64,000 bases of DNA, from the NCBI RefSeq assembly GCF_009914755.1, contig NC_060944.1. One strand, given 5' to 3'. Positions 53,949-64,000 of the stretch are shown piece by piece. A program made the translations under genes and the position numbers. Under the pieces are notes generated by a model that was not told the origin of the DNA, made no database searches, and saw only the letters and a list, made by a program, of their open reading frames with translations. The stretch is from the human T2T-CHM13v2.0 reference genome, Homo sapiens. Numbering within the stretch: the first letter of the stretch is position 1; each line of letters begins with the position of its first letter.

Positions 53949-55224
53949 GCGCAGGTGCCACCTTGCCCTGCTCTGAGCAGCAGCGAGGAAGGGCTCCGAA
54001 AAGGAAGCTGTAGTTGGTCTGAAGCTGCCCCTCCGTGCCCAGTGGACTCAGCTGACCAGCGCTGAGTTCTGGTGCAGAACTCGCAGCACTTTCCTGCTGT
54101 GGGATCTGTAGTGCATGTCTTACAGCCTCTGAACCGCCTTGCAGAGATGATGAGGCTTCCTGCGGGGCTGTAGGCCGTAGGCCACCCCTCCGCCAAGCTC
54201 TGGCCCAGCATCACAGAGAGAGAAGGTCGCAGCCAGGGGGACCCAGAGGCCAACGTGGCTCCCTTTCCACTCCATCTCCCGGTTAGAAAGTTTTTTAAAG
54301 AGTCAGTTCAAAGGTTTTTGGTTTTTGTTTTTTGTTTTTTTTCTTGTTGTTATCCTGACAGAATTTTCATGGACTCTTTTGATCCACATAAAGCAAATTG
54401 AAAAGTGAATAACCTAGTTTGGCCTCATATTTATGAAAGGAGGAAACAGCCAGCTTTCTCTAAAGCCTGCACTTGACCTGATGTAAAGGAATAAGAAAAA
54501 AATAAAGGAGGGGATGAGGGGAGAGAGGGAGGAGCATGCTTTGAAGTTGAGAGGCCAAAAGGGATGTGTGATTAGCTGGGCCCTGAGCACGTTAAAGAAA
54601 ATTAATCGTTCAGTCTATATTTAAGGCTGGATCATAATTTTGCTCTTCCACAATGAAAAGAGCTCACACTCTTTAGCTGTTGGCCTAAATTACTCAAGAG
54701 ACCAAGACCTGGAAACAACTCTCCAGCTCATCTCAGAGCCAGAGACAGAGACCCCTGCTCCAGCCACAGATGGTGAGTTTGATAACCACCCAGGATTCTA
54801 AGAAAGGGAAACTATCATGCTCATCTGGAAAGTAATTGCCAAAGAGTGTCCCCTGAGTGTCCTGTCCTCCTCCTGCCCCAACCACTAGGCAGGCAGATTC
54901 TGGGGGAAAGTGAGAGAAGAAGCATAAAGCAGTACAAAGAAAATAGAGAAGGACATTCCTGTGCCGAAAGAAGAGAGGTGGTTTTCTGGAAAGTGTCGTA
55001 AGAATAAAAAGCAGCTTCTGGCTGTGCGTGCTGGCCGTGATAAATGGTGTGCACATGCCAGTCGTGGATTTGCGTGCCTAAAAAAGTGTCATTGCCCAAA
55101 CATTTCTTCTCAAAGTGTTGTCTCCACTGGTAAAGCAAGGCTGCCTCATGGCATCTAGCTGCACTTAAGTTGGTGGGATGGGAGGAGAGGCATCACACCC
55201 ACAATTTCCATTGACACCAGTGCC

Positions 55225-55320
55225 CCAGACCTTGCATGCCTGCTCACATCCCATTGGTCAGAAGCAAGTCACATGGCCACAGATAAGTGCAAGGGAGGCT
55301 GGAAGATGTGGTCTCCAGAT
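55225..55320 (-). mobile_element. MaLR LTR fragment (MLT1J-L-like)
   Basis: cacatcccattggtcagaagcaagtcacatggccaca...gcaagggaggctggaagatgtggtct. Confidence 0.6.
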
Positions 55321-56504
55321 GTTGGCCACACCCTGGGCAAAAGGTTTTTTTGATCAGGAGACACCAGAGTCACTTTTTAAAGCTAACATCATCTCGGTAG
55401 CCGGCATTAATGGGAGCTGCTCCTTTAGCAGGGAGAGCATGGCTCAAGACCCTAGGCTGTAGACATGGTCATGTCACAGCTCCAAACAGCCAGTGACTTG
55501 GCATCCACAAATCCTCCCCTCCCATCTAAACCAAAGGAGGTCGTGAAACCAGGATGGGGGAAGACACGCGGGAAGATGAGAAACCCATGTCTTCAGGTGC
55601 TGAGCCAAACTTGGGAGTGACCCCTGCAAACAGAAAGCCACTGCCCACCCTCACTGCCACCACTCTCGGCAGCCTACAGAGGAACCTTCCTGAAGCCAGA
55701 GGGGCTGTAGGAGCAGCAGGGTCTGGATGTGATCTGAAAGTGTCCAAAAACCTCTGTAGACAACTGCGTACATTTAAAAAGGAAAGAAAATCTTTCTTCT
55801 GTGAAAACCTTGATTTTTATGCCAGGCGAGTATGAGGACCTCTATTTAGAGCCATGTCTCTCCTGGGGGACGCAAAGCCCTGGCTGCAAACCAAGGCTTC
55901 CCCGGAGCCAACCGGGAGCCAGGGGTGACCGCGGGCAGCCCCTTGGGCAGCACTGCAGGAGAGACCACCTAGGGCCGCAAGGACTGGCAAGGGAGCAAAC
56001 ACTAACCACCACCTCTGGGTAGGGCAGCTGGGCACGGATGCTCCCATCACAGAGATGGAGACCCAGGACAGGGCTTGAGGTTTGCAGCTGCTTCATCGGG
56101 GAAGGAGAGGACGTTCACACAGGGAGACTCGGGTCCTAGGCAAGCAGGGCATTGAAAAGAAAAGGCTGGCATTTGCCACGTCATAGGAAGTGATGGAAGC
56201 GTCGCTGCAGGGAGTCGAGCCTGAGCCCTACCCCTGTGGTGCAGCTGAATATTGAGTGCGGGAGGTGGCAGCAGTGGCAGCGTCCCAGAAGGGTCTAACA
56301 GGTCATGAGACCCAGGGCAGCACAGTGGAATCTGGCGGGGATTGTCCCCACTGTGGTGAGGATTGAAGCCATGCGGGAGTCAGCAGGCTCACCCAGCAGG
56401 AAGAGAGGAAGGCAGGGGCGGGAGCCTGCATTTCCACCGACCACCGTGAACATCTCCCTAAGTCCCCCAAGGCACCCTCTTCCGGTCTCAGGAGCACCTC
56501 ACCC

Positions 56505-57370
56505 TGCAGAAAACGTTGCTCAACTTAGAAAGGCTGTCAGCAAGGTGAGCCCTTGGCTGGTGTCTGGGCACTTGGATTTCCCGATCATTCCCAGGATAGA
56601 TACAAGTGGATCCCTGTGTCTACACTGTCTGTACAGCAGTGAGGTTGATGCTGAACCTCTGCTCTCCTCTAGGAGTCTGGAATTTCGGCACGTGTCAGAC
56701 AGAGGCTTCCTTCATGATCAGCCTCCGGTAAAATCCCTGAGTTCTAGGTCTTAATGAACATCCCTGACAAGCAACACTTCACACGTGTTGTCACAGCTCG
56801 CTGCTGGGGAACTAAGCACGTCCTGTGTGATGCACTGGGAGAAGATTCTGGAAGTTCCACTCACAGTTCGCTGCTGGCGAACTAAGCACGTCCTGTGTGA
56901 TGCACTGGGAGAAGATTCTGGAAGTTCCACTCACAGTTCGCTGCTGGCGAACTAAGCACGTCCTGTGTGATGCACTGGGAGAAGATTCTGGAAGCTCCAC
57001 TCACAGCTCGCTGCTGGGGAAGTAAGCACAGCCTGCGTGATGCACCAGGAGAAGATTCTGGAAGCTCCACTCACAGCTCGCTGCTGGGGAACTAAGCGCA
57101 ACCTGTGTGATGCACCAGGAGAAGATTCTGGAAGCTCCACTCACAGCTCACTGCTGAGAACTAAGCACAGCCTGTGTGATGCACTGGGAGAAGATTTGGG
57201 AGCTCCCACTGGGTTTGCTCCAGACTTCGCCATGTACCTTGTGCCTTTGCTGGCTTTGCCCTGTGTCCTTTGTCATAAGCCACAGCTGTGAGAGCCACTG
57301 TATGCTGAGTCCTGTGAGTTATCCTAGCGAATCATCAAACCGGGCGGTGATCGTTCAGATCCCCAACATA
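56505..57370 (+). mobile_element. ERVL LTR, MER68-like, with internal minisatellite
   Basis: tgcagaaaa...cttagaaaggc...cccttggctggtgtctggg start; tatgctgagtcctgtgag...tagcgaatcatcaaac end. Confidence 0.8.
56791..57209. repeat. 70-bp minisatellite, 6 copies
   Basis: Units start at 56791, 56861, 56931, 57001, 57071 and 57141. Confidence 0.97.
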
Positions 57371-59084
57371 ACACCCCAGCCCTCGTGCTCCAAGGAGAGT
57401 CTGTGCACCCCCTACCCTCCCCCCTACCCTGCCCCCTCCCTGCCCCTTGCCTCCTGGTCAAATGAGAGTCTGTGCCCCACCTCCTCCTGGCCCAAGGAGT
57501 GTGGGCCCTGAGGCCACCAAAGGCTGTTTCCTTTGGAAGCCCATGCTTAGGCTGTGGCCTCTCAGGTCCCTACCTGACTCCTCCAGCAAGCTGCCCCATG
57601 AGGGACCCACTCTCCTGAGGCCACAGAAGCCCTCCCAGCTGGGACAGATCCTAGAGCTTGCTAGCAGGGTCTGGAGAGGTCGGCTATGAAACTTCAGCCT
57701 AAAGGAAAGCTCCAACCTCCTTCCCCAGCACTGCTCCCAAAATGCAGCCCAGAAGCCTCTGCACAGAGAGACCCCTGCCCAGCTCCAGCCTTGAGTGAAG
57801 CAGGTGACACAGTGAGGGGCCTCAGCCCTTCCCAAGCCACAGCCCAGCCTTACAACAGACATGCTAGTACAATAACCCAGAATATTCGCCCCAGAGAATA
57901 TTTGATGTGTAGTAACAGGGGAATCACCTCAGGAGTTTCCGGCAGAGATTCTGGAGAAAGCATCTCAATCCCACTAGAGTGCGGATTAGGCCCGGTGTCC
58001 CACCCACCAGGCACCCCCAGGAGTGAGGAGTGGACGCCATTGTGAGTCCCAGACCAGGCATGGCCATGCTGCTGATGTTGGGTTGATGGTGGGAAGAAAA
58101 ATAATAGTAAAGTAAAAGGGGTCGGATTTCACTTCTCCTGCACTTTATGGAGACCAAGGCTTCCAGCCCCAGCTAATGGACCAGACCCTGGAGGCAGCTA
58201 CACTCCCCACAAAAGGAAGACACTTTGGAAATAGTGTTGTCCCAACAGGGCCCAACCTCCTACTCACCCCAAGCCCCTTCAAATAGAGAAACTCCATTTT
58301 CCTAAAGGATTCACCAAGGCCCAAAACCACCCTTGCCCGTAGTTACAAATCACAGCCATTGCCCATCACAGAGTGGGGTCTGAGGTCAGCATGGCCAGCC
58401 GAGCTGTCAGCAAGCCCCAGAGTGTCCTGCCAGAAAGACCTGAGGAATCTGGTCATCCCTGGGGTTCCCAGACTGCTGGATAAATATCCTGGGAACTTCC
58501 AAGTGATGTGTATAAATTAAAGGGGAAAGAAATCATCCATCATCTGGAAGCCCCACAAAATCCTCTGCATGGCCCCTGGAAGAGATCTTGAGCCACCCCC
58601 GCATCTTCCATGTTGGAGTGGGTGCTGGTCAGGTCCCGCAGCGGTAGCTCTGTGGCTCCCCCTGCTCCCTTTCAGGAACAGCCATGTCCAGGGCATGGCC
58701 AGCCACAGCCAACTTCCCCTGCACCGTGTGCAAGTTGGGAAAGGAAATGATCTCACTGAAAGCTGTGGCTTCTAAAAGAATGACTGGAAAGAGAGGGAGG
58801 TTGGTGGTCAGGCACAGCTGGGGTAAACTTTGCTGCTGGCCAGCCCCGCTGTGAAATCTCAGCAAAGGACTTCACCTCATCCGCCTCAGTCTCCACATCT
58901 CTAAGCAGGAAAACCCCCTCCTCGCTCCCGATGGTGGAGGAGACAAAATGAAGCTCAGCAGATGACTTCACGCCCACGTCACACCCGATGCATCGAGTCC
59001 ACATTTCCAAGCAACTTCCAAGAACACTGGTTCCACCCAATAAGGGGTCTGAGTTTTAGAGTGGGGAAGAAGGAAAAGAGGATC

Positions 59085-59300
59085 TTAGTCAATAAATTTG
59101 TTAAACTCGAGGCTAAACTGTGCTAAAGAGATTTCTTCAAAGCTGCAGTTCTCTGGGCCTTGAATTCAGGAATGTTAATTTTGAGTCTACAGGAAGGAGG
59201 GTAGAGTAGAGAGCATTTCCTAAATATATTTCACTGTGGAACCCTCTCTTATGGATGGTGCTTATTAAAATCTTGCCAAAGCACAAAAATCATCTGGAAA
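59085..59300. mobile_element. hAT-Charlie fragment (MER103C/MER112-like)
   Basis: agcatttcctaaatatatttcactgtggaaccctc motif; similar to 7570-7775. Confidence 0.4.
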
Positions 59301-59990
59301 ATTAAGCCATTTTTTGAATAATTCAGGACTGGCTTTGCACTGTGATACATAATGCTATTAATTATTAAATAAGGTTTAATTACCAAGTAGTATAGATTCC
59401 TTTCTTTTGTCCAAACATATGGCTGCCATGGGCCATGCCGGCTCTCTCAGCCACGTCCCTCCCTTTGCCGAGGGGCTTTCAATGACAGCCACATGCACAC
59501 GAATGGGCAAGTGACCCAGGCTGGGACCCTGGTGACCCACCACCTACACACTGCTTGGTCCAGAGGTGGCTCTGCTCCCATGCAGGGCCAGTCGCCTTCC
59601 ACAGCGTAGCTACGTGACAAGTAGGGAAAGCCTCTTTCTATCAGGACAGTGGCCTGGAAAAAGACGTCAACAGCAGGGTGAAGAAGCGACCAGACCCAGA
59701 GGGAAGCTGAGGGCAGTGGGGGTACAGGGGACCCTGACATCTTTGCGTCCCTAACTGTTGCCACCTCTAGATGCAGCCCTGAGCCTCCCAGTTACGAGAG
59801 TCATGACATCCCTTTTTATGCCTACGTTGGTTTTAGTGGAGTAAGTTAAGCAGCATGTAAATGTTGAACTGGCATGAGTGATTTGGGTAACCAGGTCATC
59901 ATGCACTGATATTCTCACTCCGTAACTCCTCGATTCTGTTGCCTTAAACCTTCTGAGAACAAGACAGGAAACACATAGTCTTAACAGTAG

Positions 59991-60434
59991 TGTCAAAGTC
60001 AAATAAAATTGTAGAGATAAATTTTTAAATCTCATGTTTTATTTGAGAAGGAAGAATTGCAATTTGGGGCACACACACAGACCAGGTGGTATTAGTCATG
60101 TAAAAAGTACAAAGAGGAGGTTGGAGGTTTTATAAAAAGGAGAAATATCATGTACTGATCTTTGAGAAAGTTTATTGGCACTAGTAAAGCTTTGGGGAGT
60201 TGACAAGCTCTGGTTGGTGAGTGACGGAGGGTAAAATTAGTCTTAGATTTGCAGCAGGTCCCATTAGATAAAACTGATTTCAGGTCACCACAGGCAGTTT
60301 CAGCAGTCAGGCTTGCAGGGAATTATATTTCAGAGCAATGTTATGTGACCTGAGTGCTTTTTGCCTCTGGCTCCTTGACTCTGTTTTGGTTGGGTGTGAC
60401 AAGAATGACCCAATTCGTACAATCAACATTCACA
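59991..60434 (-). mobile_element. ERV1 solo LTR, MER65-like
   Basis: TG..CA ends; the reverse strand starts tgtgaatgttgattgtacgaattgggtcattcttgtc; exact TSD GTAG (59987-59990, 60435-60438). Confidence 0.85.
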
Positions 60435-60947
60435 GTAGCAGCTAAGTCATAAGATTCATGTTTTGCTTCCTTGCATATTTTATAGTACCTGACCCATTGC
60501 CTTGCATGGACTCCGGGTTCATTAAATATTCATGGATTACGATAACAATGCCGTTTCTGAGCAAAGCATTCAGTAAGGAACCTTGAAGGTGAACGTTCTC
60601 ACCATTATCTGCCCCCCGGGGACTCCAGGCTGGGCTGTGCCATCCTGCAAACCCCCAAATCATCCTTCAGGATGCAGGAAGAACATGCTGGAACTTCTAT
60701 TTATAGCTATTTTAAGCTGCAAACATATCTATTAGGCTTCACTAAGATTTAATGTGATTAACAATTACACACATGTATAACTTACGAAATGCATGTATCT
60801 GGGTATAGCTGGGAGTTTTTCGGTTTTGTTTTTGTTTGGTTTTTAATTGATGGGGCAGAGTAAAAATGCAGGGAGCGCAGCCTTCTAATAACCAGAGCTT
60901 CCAAAGTCCAGAGGCCCAGTTGGCATAGGATGGTCCCTGGATAGCCC

Positions 60948-61130
60948 CAATTCTCAAAGTGGGATCCCTGGACCAGTTCATCAGCATCTTCTAGAACCTC
61001 CTCAGAAATGCAAATTCTTGAGCTCCACCCCAGACTCACTGAATCAGGAACTCTGGAGGTGGGACTTGGGAGTCTGTGTGGATGAGCCCTCCAGGGAATG
61101 CTAATCAGCTCAAGATTGATGACCTCTAGA
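60948..61130. mobile_element. MER5A MITE
   Basis: ttctcaaagtgggatccctggaccag...agaaatgcaaattcttgagctccaccccagac...gaatcaggaactctg. Confidence 0.8.
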
Positions 61131-61296
61131 TAGCCAAGGCCAAATTCAGGTCCATGCACATATTGCCCAACACCATGTCGAAGGCACCCCGGTGACCTAT
61201 GTGAGCAAACGTGTTCGGTTCATATCACTGTTCTTGTAGCCCATGACTAAGCTCACGGGGAGGAGTGTGGTGTGTAGTGCAGCCTCACTACAGCCC

Positions 61297-61815
61297 TGTG
61301 GCAGCTTCAACACAGAGATCCCAGTTTCCTTGACACTCCGGCCCACATGAGATGGGGTCTGCCTCCCTCTCCTTGGATCTAGAGGGCTGTGGCTTCTTCG
61401 ACTGGCAGAGCATGGCAGAAGTGATGCTCGGTGACTTCTGAGGCTGGGTCAGAAGAGGACACAGAGCTTCCACTTGGATCTCCTGGGATACCTACTTGTG
61501 GGACACTCCCTCTTAAAGACCATCACTACCCTGGTTTCAAGGCTCAGCCCGACGAGCGGCCATGGGAGGTGCTCCACCCGCAAGCTGAGCCCAGGCCAGG
61601 AGCCGAGCGTGGGAGGGAAGATGCTCCCTCGGAAGAGCCCTCAGTCCCGGATGACTCCACCCCACTCGGTCTTCTCAACTGAGGACCCAGAATCATGGAG
61701 CAGAGACAAAGCTACCCCTGGCCCTCAGCATCCGTGCCCATAACACGATGAGTGCAGGTTGCTTTCCAGCCCTAAGTTTGGGGGATTTTGTGTAACAGCA
61801 ATAGATAATTGGAAC
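61297..61815 (+). mobile_element. MaLR LTR (MLT1G/H-like)
   Basis: atggcagaagtgatgct...gacttctgaggctgggtca; ctaagtttggggattttgtgtaacagcaatagataa. Confidence 0.75.
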
Positions 61816-62884
61816 CTGCAGTCTCCAACACACAGCCTGAGAGTGAGGGCTTCTCCTAAGCGCTCCACAAAGTGTGCAGCAAAGGTGGGTGTCGGGGCAG
61901 GTGCAGAGCTTCATCTTCCAGCCCTAGAGTTTGGGACCTTCAAAATGTATCTAGTCCACCCCCTCCCTTTACAGAGAACTGTGAAACACAGAGACCCGTG
62001 GTGACTCAGTTAAGCTCCCAGGATGAGCCAGCAGCAGAGCTAAATGAGACCCCAACACAAGACAGCTCCGGAAAAGTTCACAGACTGGAGTGGGACCAGC
62101 CCAGGTTTGAATTCCAGCTCTGCAGCTATGAGCAATTTTCCAAGCACCATCTTCATTACAGCACCAAGAAGGAGATCCAATTAAGTGAGATAAGGATCAC
62201 TGCGCAAAAGGCAGGCCCTGGCTGGTACCATGGCTGCTGTCACTGTTCCCGCTACTGTCCCCCACCTGGCCGGGGTGGGTGGACCCATCCCAGGACTTTT
62301 TGTGGATGTGAGTTTAATTGAAGAGCCCAACGCTGTGTGGCTTCTCTGGCCTGCTGTGAAATCGCCCAGCCCACCAGGGAGCTGATCCGATGAGTTCCGG
62401 TCCTCAAGTGTTCCCTGACCACTTATGCCCTGACTCAGCACCACTGTTATTTAGGGCATGCACAGGAATTAACCAACTGCTAAGACAGGATGGAAATCCT
62501 GGAAAAGGAAAACAAGGAAATGTAGAGATGGCTTCCCTCCTGCCTCTGAGGCCCTCTCATGCTTCAAGCGGAGCTGTGTCCCTCCACCCTTGGCCAGCAT
62601 GGGACCCACGCTGACCCCAGGCAGGGGAACACAGCAACAGAGAGCAAGCCGCACCGTGCATGGCACACCACACTGCCACTGAGCCCACTCTAACCATGTG
62701 GCCCAGCTCCAGAGGTGGACTTTTCCTTGTGCCTTTGGAGGAGCCTCTGCCTTCTTATCCCTTCCAGACCAGGGTCTTGCCTCTTTCTGCAGCTCGGTAT
62801 TTCCGAGAGCAAGAACATTCTCCTTCAGTGCCTGATGCTGCCCCTAGATCCTTGCTGCCCAGTCTTGGATTTCACTGATGGCAG

Positions 62885-63205
62885 TTATCAGTTTACATTG
62901 GCTAGATTTAGGTTCAAGTGGCACAAATAGCAGTGGCTTAAACAAGATTGTCATGCATCCTTTGCATAAAGGAGGAACAAAGATAGGCGTCCCTTGGCTG
63001 ATGAGTCCAAAGTGTCAGGGACTTGCCTGTCTTGCTGCCCCACATACTGGGACAGAATAGCTGCTTAATCTCCAGCCATCACATCTACATTCTAGGCATC
63101 AATAAGGAGGCAGTTTTCTGGAAGTGCCATAAAACACTTCTCTTTACATCTCATGGCCGGAACTGAGTGGTATGGTCACATACAGCTGTAGGGGACACAG
63201 AAAAT
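62885..63205 (-). mobile_element. MaLR LTR fragment (MLT1J-like)
   Basis: cagtggcttaaacaagat; ctccagccatcacatctacattctaggca; tacatctcatggccggaact. Confidence 0.6.
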
Positions 63206-64000
63206 ACGAGAAGGTAAAAGTGGATGAGGGACAGCCATCACCATCTCGCAGTGGAAACCCAGGCCTCTTATTTGGTGTTGTGCTCTGTCTCCTGTTCCTA
63301 GATCGCCCCCATGCCAACCGCCCATGTCAACCTCTCCTGGTGGAGCTACTGGGACCTCCCCGGAGCCCAGGACCAGTCCCTGAGGGTCTTACTGTGCTCG
63401 GCTCCAAGCCTTCTCCAAGCCAACTCGAGCTGGTAAGGAAGGGGCCAGTTCAGAGCCATGGAGTCAGGTGAGGGAACAAGAAGCCCTTTCTCAGCCTTGG
63501 AGGGTGGGGGCTGCACTCCATCTTGGCTCCCTGAGATCCAGGTGACCCCGGCTTGCCCACCAGGCAGCAGCTGCACACCTCCTGTTCCATCCTCCACCCA
63601 CACCTGCTTGGGAGTAGAAGCAGACCAAAGTCAGCCCCACCCCCGCCCTGCAGACCCATGCCAGTGGACCGATGGTGTCACCTTAGCAACTTGCCATGCA
63701 AACGTCTGACGAACGCCAGCTCCCCTCCATCCTGCCAGCTGCCACTTTCCACATGCATGCCACTTGCCCAGAGTTGGCCACATTTCCCATATGTGTGAAG
63801 GAAGCAAATCCCTGGACCCTGAATCTGTATCTAGGGTAGGGCCCAGGAATTAGCTGTATAAGAAGCACCCTCAGACCTCATTGTCATAAAACAAGATATC
63901 TGTGCAATCACCTTCACACGTGACTCCGCAGACCTCTCACAGCTCTTTTTGACAGGTCAGTACTGCCCGGCATCCTGCCTGGAGTCATAAAAATCCCCCA

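Noticed and set aside
56812-57140. Three near-identical 62-aa ORFs suggesting a gene family
   Set aside because: Artefact of the 70-bp tandem unit shifting frame in each copy

Overview
Primate, very likely human, genomic DNA: it carries AluJ/AluS/AluY, L1, MaLR/ERV LTRs, MIR/L2 and MER5/Charlie elements. Non-repeat sequence is moderately GC-rich and CpG-depleted. I recognise no protein-coding gene, tRNA, rRNA, snRNA or CRISPR array, and I could not name the locus. The ORF track is explained by chance ORFs, simple repeats and decayed L1/Alu sequence. The window reads as intergenic or intronic DNA, a large part of it transposon-derived. Notable structures: (1) an old L1 (19329-24369) with both ends and its TSD, containing a truncated LTR1-like LTR, two Alus and a 25-27 bp array that looks template-switched; (2) a 70-bp x6 minisatellite inside a MER68-like LTR; (3) a Charlie4a-like transposon holding a twin-primed L1PB and an Alu at one site; (4) solo MER49- and MER65-like LTRs with exact 4-bp TSDs; (5) several minus-strand splice-site pairs suggesting a spliced, probably non-coding transcript, one of them resembling a signal-peptide leader exon; (6) candidate regulatory segments. 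Repeat subfamily names come from recalled consensus sequences and need RepeatMasker/Dfam confirmation. Boundaries of old repeats are approximate.
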